A DNA stretch of 64,000 bases from a bacterium (GCA_965261085.1 OZ253442.1:1440001-1504000); one strand, 5' to 3'. Shown: positions 53,220 to 64,000, counted from the first letter of the stretch. A program made the numbers and translations. The notes: generated by a model not told the origin, from the letters alone.

Positions 53220-54005
53220 TTGAGGCTTCTGTTCATCGGAGACGTCACGGGAAAGGTGGGCCGCCGGATGGCCTGTGCCCACATGGGCGCACTCAGGGAA
53301 AAACACGCGGTGGACGTGTGCGTCATTAACGGAGAGAACGCAGCCGGCGGCTTCGGGATCAACAACGCCCATGTCGATGAGTTGCTAGATGCGGGCGCGG
53401 ACGTCATCACCTCGGGGAATCACATCTGGAATCGCAAGGAGACGGCCGAATTCATCTTGCGTGAACCCCGCTTGCTCAGGCCCGGGAACTATCCTCCCCG
53501 AACGCCGGGCAAGGGCGTCTACGTGCTGGAATGCGCAAAAGGACCCCTCGCCGTCTTGAACCTCATGGGCCGCGTTTTCATGCCGCCTATTGAATGTCCT
53601 TTCAGGGAAGCCGATGAACTCATTAGACGGGTGGGTCATGAGACGAAAATGATCGTGGTCGATTTTCACGCGGAAGCCACGAGCGAGAAGGTGGCGATGG
53701 GTTGGCATCTCAACGGTCGCGTGAGCGCCGTCTTCGGTACGCATACCCACATTCAAACGGCGGACGAGCGGGTGCTGCCCAAGGGCACGGCTTTTATTAC
53801 GGACGTCGGCATGACGGGACCGCGCAATTCCATCATTGGTATGAAAACGGAGATTGTTCTGGATAAATTTCTATCGGGACTTCCCCGCCGTTTCGAGGTG
53901 GCCGGAGGAGTGGGGCAACTCAACGGCGCGCTCGTCGAGATGGCCCCGGATACCGGAAAGGCTCTTTCCATCGAACGTATCCAGGTGCTTGAGGGAGAGC
54001 GTTAG
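53220..54005 (+). CDS. ymdB: YmdB-like metallophosphoesterase (TIGR00282)
   Basis: FIGDV, NGENAAGG, TSGNH, DFHAEATSEK, GTHTH, TDVGMTG. Confidence 0.93.
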   Translation: MRLLFIGDVTGKVGRRMACAHMGALREKHAVDVCVINGENAAGGFGINNAHVDELLDAGADVITSGNHIWNRKETAEFILREPRLLRPGNYPPRTPGKGVYVLECAKGPLAVLNLMGRVFMPPIECPFREADELIRRVGHETKMIVVDFHAEATSEKVAMGWHLNGRVSAVFGTHTHIQTADERVLPKGTAFITDVGMTGPRNSIIGMKTEIVLDKFLSGLPRRFEVAGGVGQLNGALVEMAPDTGKALSIERIQVLEGER

Positions 54006-54042
54006 CGATTGCGCCTGCTTCCCCTACATCCCGGTGAAGGCT

Positions 54043-54648
54043 TCAGCGTCCGTTTCTATGGGTGGACTTCTCGTAGTCGGTGATGGCGAATTTCGAGGGT
54101 TTGTCTTTTTTGAGAAATGCAAGTAATCGCTTCAGGCGCCATCTGAGAGAGCGCGACCCCAGGAAGGCCTGTTTTTCCCTCAGCGGCAGTCTGAGGGCCT
54201 CGGCGACGGCGAAGGAGAGGTGGAACGGGTCTTTCAGCAACTCTTCGGGCAGGTTCGGGGGCGTCGGCCCGCTTTCCTTGAGGGTGTTCCACACCATTCG
54301 GCACAATGACGTGGGGTTCTCCACTTCTTCATCATCAAAGTCGCTCGCCTCTCCCTCGAAGTAGGGTCGGGTGTCATATATGCGGAGAACCTCGAAGCGT
54401 TGCCCGCCTCTGGTGAGGATGTTCATCCTGCCGTCGGGGAATTTGTCTAGTATTTCGACGATGTGGGCGACGCATCCGATTTTGTGGATGCCGTTTTTTC
54501 CCACTAGGACGATGCCGAAGGGCGCGTGATTCTCCATGCACTCGCCGATCATGGTTTTGTAGCGTTCCTCGAAGATGTGTAGGGGCAGGTGCTGACCCGG
54601 CAAGAGTACGACCTGAAGCGGAAACAGGGGCAGGCGATAGGTAGTCAT
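54043..54648 (-). CDS. LON peptidase substrate-binding (N-terminal) domain protein
   Basis: LPLFPL, LPLHIFEERY, DGRMNI. Confidence 0.9.
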   Translation of the reverse strand: MTTYRLPLFPLQVVLLPGQHLPLHIFEERYKTMIGECMENHAPFGIVLVGKNGIHKIGCVAHIVEILDKFPDGRMNILTRGGQRFEVLRIYDTRPYFEGEASDFDDEEVENPTSLCRMVWNTLKESGPTPPNLPEELLKDPFHLSFAVAEALRLPLREKQAFLGSRSLRWRLKRLLAFLKKDKPSKFAITDYEKSTHRNGR

Positions 54649-54846
54649 GAGAAAAGTGTAACCTGAATGATTCGATTTTGGAATTCCCGAGAAATTCTCA
54701 GGAGACGCAACGCTCGGCGCATATCGCTCTGGGCAGGAGTCTTGCAACCTACCTCAAGCTGGCCTGATTGCGCGTGAATATGGTATTTTGTTCTCTCTTG
54801 AAACTAAGGCGTCATTCGGATTTTCGTTTTTTGAGGGTTTCCCACG

Positions 54847-56475
54847 ATGAGCGAGCCGAGCATCGCCATGGCCCAAAGGGCCTGGAGCAAGCCTGCGGAG
54901 GAAGGGGGTAAAACCACCCTCTCGGGCATCGCTTTGCCGGCGTTTTTCGGTTCAGGAGAGGTGGATTCGGAAAGTCTCGATGAAAAGCCGGGCGCGCATC
55001 CCTACACGCGCGGCATCTACGGGAACATGTACCGGGGCAGGCTCTGGACGATGCGCCAATACGCCGGTTTCGGCAGCGCGAGAGAGAGCAACCACCGCTA
55101 CCGCTACCTTCTCGATCACGGGCAGATGGGAATTTCCGTGGCGTTCGATCTGCCCACCCAGATTGGCTACGACCCGGATCATCCCCTGGTGTACGGTGAA
55201 GTGGGCCGCGTGGGGGTGTCCATCGCTTCTATCGAGGACATGGAAATTCTGCTGGAGGACATTCCTCTGGATAAGATTTCCACGTCGATGACCATCAACG
55301 CCACCGCCCCCATTTTGCTGGCCTTGTACGTCGCGGTGGCCGAGATGCACGGTATTCCCTCCGAAGCGCTTCGCGGAACCGTCCAGAACGACATTTTGAA
55401 AGAATACATCTCGCGCGGAACCTATATTTATCCGCCCGAGCCGAGCCTGCGCCTTATCACCGATACCATGGAGTTCTGTAAGGAGAGGGTGCCCAAGTGG
55501 AACGCCATATCGATCAGCGGCTACCATATCCGTGAGGCGGGCTCCACGGCCGTCCAGGAGGTCGCATTCACGCTCGCGAACGCTATCACCTATGTGGAGG
55601 CCGCGGTGGACTCAGGCCTGAACGTGGATGAGCTCGGCTCGCACGTCTCATTTTTCTTCAACGTCCACAATCACTTTTTGGAGGAAATCGCAAAATTCCG
55701 CGCCGCGCGCAGGCTTTGGGCGCGGATCATGCGAGAGCGGTTCGGGGCGCGCTCGGAGAAGGCCTGTATGCTGCGGTTTCATTCCCAGACCGCCGGCAGC
55801 GCGCTGACCGCCCAGCAGCCGAAGAACAACGTCGTGCGCGTCGCTCTTCAGGCGATGGCCGCCGTGCTGGGGGGCACGCAGTCGCTTCACACGAATTCGA
55901 TGGATGAGGCGCTTTCCCTGCCCACGGAGGATGCGGCGAAGCTCGCGCTCAGAACCCAGCAGATACTCGCCGAGGAATCGAACGTGCCGAACGTGGCGGA
56001 CCCGTGCGGCGGGGCGTACGCCATCGAAGCGCTGACGTCGGAGATCGTCTCCCGGGCGGAGGAGATAATTCGGCAAATCGACGATTCCGGCGGCATGCTC
56101 CGCGCCATCGAAACGGGGTGGGTGCAGCGCCAGATTCAGGAGAGCGCCTATGCCTACCAGCGCCTCGTGGATGAGGGAGAGGTGGTCGTCGTCGGCGTGA
56201 ACCGCTATCAACAAGAAGAAGAGGCCGGCATCTCGACGCTCCAGATTCGCCCGGAAGTCGAGGGGGAACAAAAAGAACGCGTCGCCTCGCTCAAGAGGAA
56301 GCGCCATGCCGCGGACACGAGCGAGGCGCTGGAATCCCTGCGCCGGGCGGCCGGGAGTGATGACAATCTTCTGCCCTACATCCTGAGGGCGGTGAAGGCC
56401 CAGTCCACCGTCGGGGAAATCGCGGATACTATGCGCGAAGTATTCGGCCTTTATCAACAAGACGTTGCCATCTAA
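54847..56475 (+). CDS. Methylmalonyl-CoA mutase, substrate-binding (large) subunit
   Basis: [41 protein letters not shown]; Tyr and Arg determinants indicate MCM-type; no B12-binding domain. Confidence 0.92.
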   Translation: MSEPSIAMAQRAWSKPAEEGGKTTLSGIALPAFFGSGEVDSESLDEKPGAHPYTRGIYGNMYRGRLWTMRQYAGFGSARESNHRYRYLLDHGQMGISVAFDLPTQIGYDPDHPLVYGEVGRVGVSIASIEDMEILLEDIPLDKISTSMTINATAPILLALYVAVAEMHGIPSEALRGTVQNDILKEYISRGTYIYPPEPSLRLITDTMEFCKERVPKWNAISISGYHIREAGSTAVQEVAFTLANAITYVEAAVDSGLNVDELGSHVSFFFNVHNHFLEEIAKFRAARRLWARIMRERFGARSEKACMLRFHSQTAGSALTAQQPKNNVVRVALQAMAAVLGGTQSLHTNSMDEALSLPTEDAAKLALRTQQILAEESNVPNVADPCGGAYAIEALTSEIVSRAEEIIRQIDDSGGMLRAIETGWVQRQIQESAYAYQRLVDEGEVVVVGVNRYQQEEEAGISTLQIRPEVEGEQKERVASLKRKRHAADTSEALESLRRAAGSDDNLLPYILRAVKAQSTVGEIADTMREVFGLYQQDVAI

Positions 56476-56542
56476 GGCGGAGCAGGTCATATCTTGCCGC
56501 TGAAATTTTGATATCAGGTGCGTCATTTGGAGAAATCAGCAT

Positions 56543-59188
56543 ATGAAGGGCAATGAGGTTCGCCAGAAATTTCTCGAATTCTTCGCCGACGAGGCGCACA
56601 GAATCGTTCGAAGTTCGGCGCTGGTGCCCATGAACGACCCCACCTTGTTGTTTACCAATGCAGGGATGGTCCAGTTCAAGGATGTGTTCACGGGCCTGGA
56701 GAAGCGCGACTACTCCCGGGCGGTGAGTTCCCAGAAATGCCTGCGGGTGAGCGGCAAGCACAACGACCTCGAAAATGTCGGCCGAACGGCCCGGCACCAC
56801 ACGTTTTTCGAGATGCTGGGCAACTTCTCCTTTGGGCAGTATTTCAAGGAAAAAGCGATCGAGCTCGGTTGGGAATTTTTGATCAATCGCGTGGGTCTCG
56901 ATGGAGATCGCATGTGGATAACCGTCTTCAGAGAAGATGACGAGGCGGCGGAACTCTGGGAGCGGCTCGTCGGCGTTCCGCCCGAGCGCATCGTCCGGAT
57001 GGATGAGAAGGATAACTTCTGGGCGATGGGGGACACCGGACCCTGTGGTCCCTGCTCGGAACTCATCTACGACCAGGGGGGGCACATCGTCGGCGCGCCG
57101 CCGGGCAGCGGACACGAGGATGAGGACGGGGATCGCTATCTCGAGTTGTGGAACCTGGTGTTCATGCAGTTCAACCGTGAGGCTTCGGGCAAGATGGAGC
57201 CGCTGCCTAAGCCCTCCGTCGATACGGGAATGGGTCTGGAGCGCCTCACGGCGGTAGTGCAGAAAGAAGACAGTAATTACCATACCGACCTCCTGATGCC
57301 GCTCATTCATTCGGTCGAGGAGCGCTGCGGCAAGGAATACACGGGCATTGACGCACCGAACGACGTTTCTTTCCGCGTCATCGCGGACCACGTTCGCGCG
57401 GTCAGCTTCTTGGTGGTCGACGGCGTTTTGCCGAGCAACGAGGGCCGGGGCTACGTGTTGAGGCGCGTGGCGAGGCGGGCCTTGCGTCACGGCAGGATGC
57501 TGGGCATCGAGGGGCCGTTCTTACATCAGACGGTAGGCGTGGTGGCCGATATGATGGGAGATGCGTTCCCCGAACTCAGGGAAGGCCTCAGTTACATCTC
57601 CCGCGTCACGCTGGCGGAAGAGGAGAGATTCGACCACACCCTCTCGCAGGGGCAGCCGCGTATGGACGCGCTTTCAGAAGAAGTAAAATCATCGGGCAGC
57701 GACACCATTCCGGGCGGGGAGGTGTTCACCCTGCTCGACACCTATGGTTATCCATGGGATTTGGCGGTGGAAACGGCCGCGTTTCATGGCCTCGATATAG
57801 ACCAGAGCAGTTTCGATGAGGCGATGGAGCAACAGCGCGAGCGGGCCCGCGCCCACTGGAAGGGATCGGGCGAGGCCGCTGTCGATGAAATCTGGCACCA
57901 GGTGCGCGATGAGGCGGGCGCGACCGGATTCACCGGCTATGAGCAAGATGAGGAGGACGCCTGCGTGCGCGCCCTCATCGTGGATGGTGCGCTGCGTGAC
58001 GAAATTGGCGAGGGAGTCGAGGCGCGTGTCGTGCTGGATAAGACGCCGTTTTATGGAGAATCGGGCGGGCAGGAAGGCGATAGGGGCGGATTCTCCTGGC
58101 CCGATGGCGCCGCCGCCGTGCTCGACACGCAAAAACCGCTTCCCGACGTGTACGTCCATCATATCAAGGTGACGGAAGGAACCCTCGAAAAAGGACAAAA
58201 CCTTAACGCGCGAATCGACACGGGAAGGCGGGATCTTTTAAGGCGCAACCACTCGGCCACCCACCTGCTGCAATATGCGCTGCGCCAGGTTTTGGGAGAT
58301 CACGTCAAACAGGCGGGTTCCCACCTATCGCCCGAGAGGCTGCGGTTCGACTACGCCCATTTCACGGCGATGACGGCCCGTGAAAAAGAGAGGGTCGAGG
58401 ACATCGTGAATGAGCGGATTCGCGAAAATACGCTCGTCGATACGCGCGAGATGTCGATAGATGAAGCGCTGGCCGCAGGCGCGACGGCGCTCTTCGGCGA
58501 GCGCTATGGCGAGGACGTGCGGGTCGTCTCCGTGGGTGATTTCAGCATGGAGCTCTGCGGGGGTACGCATGCGCGCGCCGCAGGAGACATCGGCTTGTTC
58601 CGCATCCTGCACGAGGGTAGCGTGGCCTCGGGCGTGAGGCGCATCGAAGCCCTCACGGGGGAGGGCGCACTCCGGCAGGCGCGCAAGGAGCAGAACGTCC
58701 TCTCCGAGATCGGGGAACTCACCAGGGTGGCGCCCCTGGAGGAGGCCGAGCGGGTGAGGCGCCTGCTCGATCGCGTGAAGACGCTGGAGCGCGAGTTGAA
58801 GGATTCGCGGGACAGGCAATCGCGCGATGAAATGGGCGATTTGGCTTCCGAGGCCCGGGAAATTTCAGGCATCAGGTTCATCTCCGTAAGGCGCGACGGC
58901 CTTCAGGCGGGTGATTTGCGCGGGATCATCGACGCGGCGAAGGGCAAACTCCAAAGCGGCGTCGCGGTGGTTGCCGCCGTGACGGACGGGAAGGTCGCCA
59001 TCGCCGCCGGCGTCACGAAAGACCTCACCTCTCGTGTGCATGCCGGGAATCTGGTGAAAGAGGTCGCCTCGCTCGTCGGAGGCAGAGGCGGCGGCAGGCA
59101 GGATTTCGCGCAAGCGGGCGGCAAAGACGTGGAAAAAGTGGACGACGCCCTCGCCGCGGTGCCCGGGCTGATCGAAAAAATGACATGA
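56543..59188 (+). CDS. alaS: Alanine--tRNA ligase
   Basis: LLFTNAGMVQFK, HHTFFEMLGNFSFG, NHSATHLL, ELCGGTH, GGRGGG. Confidence 0.98.
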   Translation: MKGNEVRQKFLEFFADEAHRIVRSSALVPMNDPTLLFTNAGMVQFKDVFTGLEKRDYSRAVSSQKCLRVSGKHNDLENVGRTARHHTFFEMLGNFSFGQYFKEKAIELGWEFLINRVGLDGDRMWITVFREDDEAAELWERLVGVPPERIVRMDEKDNFWAMGDTGPCGPCSELIYDQGGHIVGAPPGSGHEDEDGDRYLELWNLVFMQFNREASGKMEPLPKPSVDTGMGLERLTAVVQKEDSNYHTDLLMPLIHSVEERCGKEYTGIDAPNDVSFRVIADHVRAVSFLVVDGVLPSNEGRGYVLRRVARRALRHGRMLGIEGPFLHQTVGVVADMMGDAFPELREGLSYISRVTLAEEERFDHTLSQGQPRMDALSEEVKSSGSDTIPGGEVFTLLDTYGYPWDLAVETAAFHGLDIDQSSFDEAMEQQRERARAHWKGSGEAAVDEIWHQVRDEAGATGFTGYEQDEEDACVRALIVDGALRDEIGEGVEARVVLDKTPFYGESGGQEGDRGGFSWPDGAAAVLDTQKPLPDVYVHHIKVTEGTLEKGQNLNARIDTGRRDLLRRNHSATHLLQYALRQVLGDHVKQAGSHLSPERLRFDYAHFTAMTAREKERVEDIVNERIRENTLVDTREMSIDEALAAGATALFGERYGEDVRVVSVGDFSMELCGGTHARAAGDIGLFRILHEGSVASGVRRIEALTGEGALRQARKEQNVLSEIGELTRVAPLEEAERVRRLLDRVKTLERELKDSRDRQSRDEMGDLASEAREISGIRFISVRRDGLQAGDLRGIIDAAKGKLQSGVAVVAAVTDGKVAIAAGVTKDLTSRVHAGNLVKEVASLVGGRGGGRQDFAQAGGKDVEKVDDALAAVPGLIEKMT

Positions 59189-59249
59189 TCCTACATCCGC
59201 GCCCGGTTCACACGGGCTAACCACAGCATTTTTCGTTTCGGAGAACATA

Positions 59250-60431
59250 TTGAGCAATACGGCCGTGGCCGGCGCGGCTCCAGAGCGCCTCAAGAAGAGA
59301 AGAATATCCCTGCTCATCGTCGCCCACGTCGCGAACGACAGTTATTTCGGCTTTCTCCCGCCATTGCTCCCCCTCATCGTGGAGCGCATGGACCTGCCCT
59401 TGAGTCTGGCGGGTCTGCTGGCCACCACGCTTTCCATCACCGGCGCCGTGGGCCAGCCCCTTTTCGGCTACTTCGCGGACAGGATCAAGAAAGGATGGCT
59501 CCTGGCGCTCGGCCCGTTGGGCGGCGCGCTGCTCGCATTCATGCTCTACATGCCGAATTTCTGGATGCTCATGCTCCTCATGCTGGTTGCGGGATCGGGC
59601 TCGGCCTGTTTCCACCCCGTGGCATCGGTCATTGCCGGCCAGTCCGCGGGCGCGAGAAAAGGGTTCGGAATGTCGCTTTACGTCGCAGGCGGCCGTCTGG
59701 GCGTGGGTCTGGGCTCAGGCATGGCGACGTTCATCGTCACGAAATGGGGCATCGACGCCATACCATACGCGAGCCTCGTCGGCATCATCATCGGAATCCC
59801 TTTGTTTTTCGTCTCCCCGCCCATCCGGGACACAGGGGGCGGCGCATCGCAAAGTTTCGTGCAGACGACGCGCATGCTCAGGCTCGTGTTCCGTCCACTT
59901 TTCCTGTTGTGGGTCGTGAATCTGTGCCGCACCACGGTGACGATGACGGTGCAGGTCTTCTTGCCGATATACATCATCGCCAAGGGTGGTTCGCTGGCCG
60001 CGGGTGGTGTGGCCATCACCCTGTTTCTGGTCGCCGCTACCGTTGGAGGCATTTACGGCGGGCATCTCTCCGATATCTTCGGCAGGCGGATCGTGACGAT
60101 CTTGGCCATCTGTGTGGGTACGCCGGCGCTGGGCATGGCATTTTTGTTCGATGAGCCTTTGCGGACCGTCTTCGTCATGCTCTCGGGCGCCGCTTTTTAC
60201 TCGCAAATGGGGGTTTCGGTGACGTACGCGCAGGAGATTGCGCCCGGGCACGCCGGCTTGGTGAGTAGTTTCATGCTCGGTGTTGTCTGGTTCGTGGCGA
60301 GCATCGGGATGATCGCCGTGGGTGGCCTGGCCGATTACATCGGCGTGGAACAGGCCCTGCCCATCGTCTGTATGGCGTTCGGCGTCGTGGGCTCGTTCCT
60401 CTCCCTGGGACTGCCCAAAGAGACGGCTTAG
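59250..60431 (+). CDS. MFS transporter (FSR-like)
   Basis: AHVANDSY, QPLFGYFADR, FHP, GGHLSDIFGRR; about 12 TM helices. Confidence 0.9.
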   Translation: MSNTAVAGAAPERLKKRRISLLIVAHVANDSYFGFLPPLLPLIVERMDLPLSLAGLLATTLSITGAVGQPLFGYFADRIKKGWLLALGPLGGALLAFMLYMPNFWMLMLLMLVAGSGSACFHPVASVIAGQSAGARKGFGMSLYVAGGRLGVGLGSGMATFIVTKWGIDAIPYASLVGIIIGIPLFFVSPPIRDTGGGASQSFVQTTRMLRLVFRPLFLLWVVNLCRTTVTMTVQVFLPIYIIAKGGSLAAGGVAITLFLVAATVGGIYGGHLSDIFGRRIVTILAICVGTPALGMAFLFDEPLRTVFVMLSGAAFYSQMGVSVTYAQEIAPGHAGLVSSFMLGVVWFVASIGMIAVGGLADYIGVEQALPIVCMAFGVVGSFLSLGLPKETA

Positions 60432-60435
60432 AAGA

Positions 60436-60828
60436 ATGTCCAAGGAATTCAAGCCCCTGGCCGTGGAGCGCGAGATAGCCGAGGAGATGGCCTCCACTCT
60501 GGGCCGCATCGGGAGTGAGTTCTCCAAGCGCCACCAAAGGGCGTGGAATGCCTGGCGCGCCTGGGAGGAGAGGCAGGATCCGGGAGATAAGACGGGAGAA
60601 AGGCTAGAGCGTTCGCTCCACCAGGCGATGGATGAAGCGGAGCGCTACCGGTATTTTCTCATCGTGCAAAGAGAGGCGATGGGGCTTCGAAACCATGCGG
60701 AGGTGAACCTCAAATATCCGCTGCCCCGCGTGCCGGGCAGGCCGCCTGCAGCGGGTGATCCCTCTAGCCCTCGTCTCGCTTGGCCCGGAGGATTTTCACG
60801 AGGTTGGCGTAGGAAGTTCTCCGGATGA
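60436..60828 (+). CDS. DUF6665-like hypothetical protein
   Basis: EIAEEMASTLGRIG...LIVQREAMGLR...YPLP. Confidence 0.65.
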   Translation: MSKEFKPLAVEREIAEEMASTLGRIGSEFSKRHQRAWNAWRAWEERQDPGDKTGERLERSLHQAMDEAERYRYFLIVQREAMGLRNHAEVNLKYPLPRVPGRPPAAGDPSSPRLAWPGGFSRGWRRKFSG

Positions 60829-61369
60829 TGGAGCGGAACTGGTCGCGGTAGTTTTTCACGAGGCTGATGCCCTCTACCAGAACGTCGTAGACGCGCCATC
60901 CGTCTTTCTTTTTGTGCAAGCGGTAGGTGATGTCGACCTCTTTCTTGTCCGTTGTGATGATGACGGTGTTGACCTTGGCGAATTCCGAGTCGCTGGTTTC
61001 CTTGCCAAAGACGACTTTCTCATCGGTATAGCTTTCCAGTGTACTGGCGTAATTGCGCTCCATGAAATAACTGAAAAGCTCGATGAATTCGGTCTTTTCC
61101 TCAGGCGTGCGTTTTCTCCAACTTCTAGCGAGGCTTCGCCTGGACATTTCCTCGAAATCAAAATACTGATGGATGACCTTGCGCATCCGGTTTCTGCGAT
61201 CCACCTTTTTCCCGGGGGCCTTCAAATCGGGTTGGCGAAGAATCTCCAGCACTCCGTGAATCCCCGTGCGCACCACCTCGGTCGGCTCCCCCGCCTGGGC
61301 GGGTGGCGCGAGAAGTACACAGGCGAGAAGCGCAGCGATGAGGAACGACGTACGCTTTTTCAAAAACAT
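60764..61369 (-). CDS. mlaC: MlaC/Ttg2D phospholipid-binding protein
   Basis: Signal peptide, FDFEEMSRRSL, WRVYDVLVEGISLVKNYRDQF. Confidence 0.92.
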   Translation of the reverse strand: MFLKKRTSFLIAALLACVLLAPPAQAGEPTEVVRTGIHGVLEILRQPDLKAPGKKVDRRNRMRKVIHQYFDFEEMSRRSLARSWRKRTPEEKTEFIELFSYFMERNYASTLESYTDEKVVFGKETSDSEFAKVNTVIITTDKKEVDITYRLHKKKDGWRVYDVLVEGISLVKNYRDQFRSIIRRTSYANLVKILRAKRDEG

Positions 61370-61539
61370 GGATTCTCCTCGTGCGGTATGGCTTGAATTC
61401 GGGAGTGGCGAAACCGGGATGATGTCATGACCTCAGTATATGTTGCGGCCCTCTCGATTCTGAATCCATCTGCGTCAAAATCTTATTGACGAACAGCTTC
61501 TCGGCCATCTTCAAGGGTTGCCTGGGCGGCGATGGCCCT

Positions 61540-61986
61540 TTATTTCTTCACCTTGCCGAAAACAAAGTCGCCGATGAGTTTCTCGATGTCAACCGGGGGT
61601 TCCGTTTCGCGAATCCGCCCGCCCGGGGAGATGATCTTTTCCGACCCACCCTGGCTGAGGCTGACGTATTTATCGCCCAAAACCCCTTTTGTGCGAATGG
61701 AGGCGATGGAATCCCGTGAGAGGCTGATGTTTTCATTGATGCGGAGCGTGATTTTCGCATCCTCTCCATCGAGAGAGATTCCGCTCACACGCCCGACGCG
61801 TACACCCGCCATTTCCACGGAGGCGCCGCTCCTCAGGCCCGTGGCAGTCGTGAAATTCGCCGAAACTTCATATGTGCCGTCATCGAAAATATCCAGGCCG
61901 CCGAGGTTGATGGACAGATAGGCGAGCGCGAGGATTCCCGCCAGAACGAATATGCCGACGCCGAATTCCACGTTTTTTCGGTACAA
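61540..61986 (-). CDS. mlaD: MlaD (MCE domain) protein
   Basis: VGIFV, GLRSGASVEMAGVRVGRV, TKGVLGDKYV; TTG start. Confidence 0.93.
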   Translation of the reverse strand: MYRKNVEFGVGIFVLAGILALAYLSINLGGLDIFDDGTYEVSANFTTATGLRSGASVEMAGVRVGRVSGISLDGEDAKITLRINENISLSRDSIASIRTKGVLGDKYVSLSQGGSEKIISPGGRIRETEPPVDIEKLIGDFVFGKVKK

Positions 61987-62000
61987 GGCTCGTTCCTTCT

Positions 62001-62789
62001 TCAGATAAGAATCGAGGTGAGGAAATAATCGCCCACCAGTATCAGCACAGAAGACAGCACCACGGCCGAGGTGGTCGCCTTGCCCACTCCCTCGGCCCCG
62101 TGGCCGCAATGATATCCCTTATAGCAGCAAACCCATGTGACGATCAGGCCGAAGACGATGGATTTCCATAAGCCTACGTTGATGTCGACCATCTCGATCT
62201 TGTCCTGCATCTCCCCGAAAAAGGTGCCCGAACTCACGCCCATCAACTCCACGCCCACGAGATAGGCCCCGAATATGCCGATGAGGTCGCAAAGCGCCGT
62301 GAGTAGGGGGAATACTATCACGCCCGCCAGCAGCCGGGGAGAGACGAGGCGCTGGAGTGGGTTCACGGCCATGCTCTTTAGAGCGTCCACCTGTTCGGTG
62401 ATTTGCATGATGCCGATTTCGGCCGTCATGGCGGAACCTGCCCTTCCGGTGACGACGAGCGCGGTGAGCACGGGCCCGAGTTCGCGAATGAGGCTGAATG
62501 CGACGGCGGGGCCGAGGAAGGCTTCGGAACCGAATTTTCTGAAAGCGTATATTCCTTGGAGCGCCAGGACCATTCCGGTGAACAGGCCGCTCAGCAAGAC
62601 GATGGAGAGCGAACCCGTGCCGATGATGTATATCTGGCGAATCAGGAGCGAGAATCTCCAGGGCGGTGCGAAAATCCACCGAACGGATTCGAGGAGGAAG
62701 ATTGCGGCGCTCCCCATGCCGGCGATGATCCCTATCGCGCGCCGACCGAGCGTTCGGATGCCTTGCTTCACCATTTTCACGGTACTCAT
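62001..62789 (-). CDS. mlaE: MlaE ABC permease
   Basis: RELGPVLTAL, GRAGSAMTAEIG, EQVDAL, GAEGVGKATT. Confidence 0.95.
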   Translation of the reverse strand: MSTVKMVKQGIRTLGRRAIGIIAGMGSAAIFLLESVRWIFAPPWRFSLLIRQIYIIGTGSLSIVLLSGLFTGMVLALQGIYAFRKFGSEAFLGPAVAFSLIRELGPVLTALVVTGRAGSAMTAEIGIMQITEQVDALKSMAVNPLQRLVSPRLLAGVIVFPLLTALCDLIGIFGAYLVGVELMGVSSGTFFGEMQDKIEMVDINVGLWKSIVFGLIVTWVCCYKGYHCGHGAEGVGKATTSAVVLSSVLILVGDYFLTSILI

Positions 62790-62973
62790 GGGGTTTGCCT
62801 TCTATTCCTCATCATGAGCGAGTATAGTGGTCGTCATCAGTTGCGTGGCGGCTTCTACGGGCGTTCTCGCGATTCGTTGGGCTGATAAAATCGAGGCCTA
62901 GTGTATCGTTCCTGAAGGATGAAGATCAACGCTTACACGAACGGCCATATTCTTCTAAGGGTTTGTTTTTTAT

Positions 62974-63798
62974 ATGAAAAATACAGCAGTCGGCCCCCTG
63001 TCCAAATATATCGAGTTCGGCGTGCGCAATCATAAGGCGGATTTTGCGCAGATCACCCGCCTTTTCGTCACGATTTACGTACCCATATCCATGATTGCGC
63101 TCTCGGCGCATCCTTCGATCAAATCGTTGATAGCCCCCGACGCGAACCTCATGTTGCTGTTCCCCCTCATGATCGGCTCTCAGCTTCTCCTGCGCGTATT
63201 GCAGGTGTTCTTGTTCATCCTCCTGATTTTGCGGGTCGAGTCCGAGCGCAATGGCGATGGGGCTGTTTGGGACATCGCCGAGGCTGTGAATCGTCTCAAA
63301 TCCGTCGCCAAGGTGGATTTGGCGTATACATTCGGTTTGCAGTTGCTGGGTGTCATCGGGTTTGCGACCTCGTTGTTCGTCTTCGGTTTCCTGTTCGGTG
63401 ATTCGCCCATCGGGCTTCCGTTCTCATTCGCCGTCACGGTTTTTCTCGTGCTCACGCCTGCCGTGCGCTATTATTTCTGCACCTTGACCGCGATGCTCTA
63501 TGGCGATGACTTCGCCCAGGCTTTTCGCCGCGCCGGGGTGATATCGAGCGGAGGCGAGAGAACCGTCGTCGTCCTGGCGATGACCTATCTGCTGGTCTGG
63601 TTCATTCTCTGGCAGGTGATACAGGGGATTTTTGGCGGGGGTCTGTTGGGGCAGGTCTTGCTGCAGACGGGCGTGATGGTGACGTCGATCTCGTATTATC
63701 TGGCGGGGTATCTTTTATTCTCGGATCTCTGCCAGGGGGCGAGCGGAAGCAGTATGGATGAAACGAAGGAAATCCCGGAAGACACGAGCGATATGTAG
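62974..63798 (+). CDS. Hypothetical integral membrane protein
   Basis: About six hydrophobic segments; no recognisable motif. Confidence 0.7.
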   Translation: MKNTAVGPLSKYIEFGVRNHKADFAQITRLFVTIYVPISMIALSAHPSIKSLIAPDANLMLLFPLMIGSQLLLRVLQVFLFILLILRVESERNGDGAVWDIAEAVNRLKSVAKVDLAYTFGLQLLGVIGFATSLFVFGFLFGDSPIGLPFSFAVTVFLVLTPAVRYYFCTLTAMLYGDDFAQAFRRAGVISSGGERTVVVLAMTYLLVWFILWQVIQGIFGGGLLGQVLLQTGVMVTSISYYLAGYLLFSDLCQGASGSSMDETKEIPEDTSDM

Positions 63799-63806
63799 TT
63801 CAGCCC

Positions 63807-64000
63807 TTACAAAAAAACCTCGAAACTCAGCCCGTCATATGCGAGTTCCACGCCGCTCGGCAGGTTTCGGTTCGTTTCGTAGTATTCGAGTTCGAAGTTG
63901 GTGTGGGTGAAATAAGTCTGCTCGGGCTTGAGCACCTCGACGATCTCAAGCGCCTCGGCGACCGTGAAGTGTGAGGGATGCTCCCGGTGGCGCAAGGCGT
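63807..64000 (-). CDS. MBL-fold metallo-hydrolase (PhnP-like), C-terminal part, truncated by window end
   Basis: HPSHFTVAEAL...TYFTH...LAYDGL. Confidence 0.85.
   Translation of the reverse strand, partial: ALRHREHPSHFTVAEALEIVEVLKPEQTYFTHTNFELEYYETNRNLPSGVELAYDGLSFEVFL

Overview
High-GC bacterial window with two halves. About 1-28 kb is accessory and mosaic. It holds hydantoinase/oxoprolinase genes, a frameshifted IS256 whose right inverted repeat is interrupted by an IS110/IS1111-type remnant that keeps its bridge/seek-RNA region, and two GcvT-family C1-metabolism genes. It also has an ion-transporter/USP-like pair, several gene fragments, HEPN genes, and cassettes (orphan Xre antitoxin; DUF3800 plus a structured RNA) separated by copies of one promoter. 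HigBA, pdxH, a flavin monooxygenase operon led by a UGA-recoded deiodinase-like selenoprotein, and a defence-like block (RloC-like, Panacea TA, GHKL-ATPase/STAS/PIN triad) follow. About 28-64 kb is core genome: ftsH, MetE-like, folE2, metH, tRNA-Leu, tig-clpP-clpX, tRNA-Val, thrS-infC-rpmI-(small ORF)-rplT-pheS-pheT-zapB-zapA-6S RNA-5-formyl-THF cyclo-ligase-rny-ymdB, methylmalonyl-CoA mutase, alaS, an MFS gene and mlaE-D-C. The core synteny resembles deltaproteobacteria/Nitrospinota-like lineages (inference only). Best candidates for new biology: an IS1111 guide RNA that appears programmed against an IS256 terminal repeat; the DUF3800 plus three-way-junction RNA cassette in a promoter-duplication array; a HEPN gene with a long hairpin leader RNA; the selenoprotein; and the kinase-STAS-PIN triad. 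All calls are by eye; no database searches or folding programs were run.
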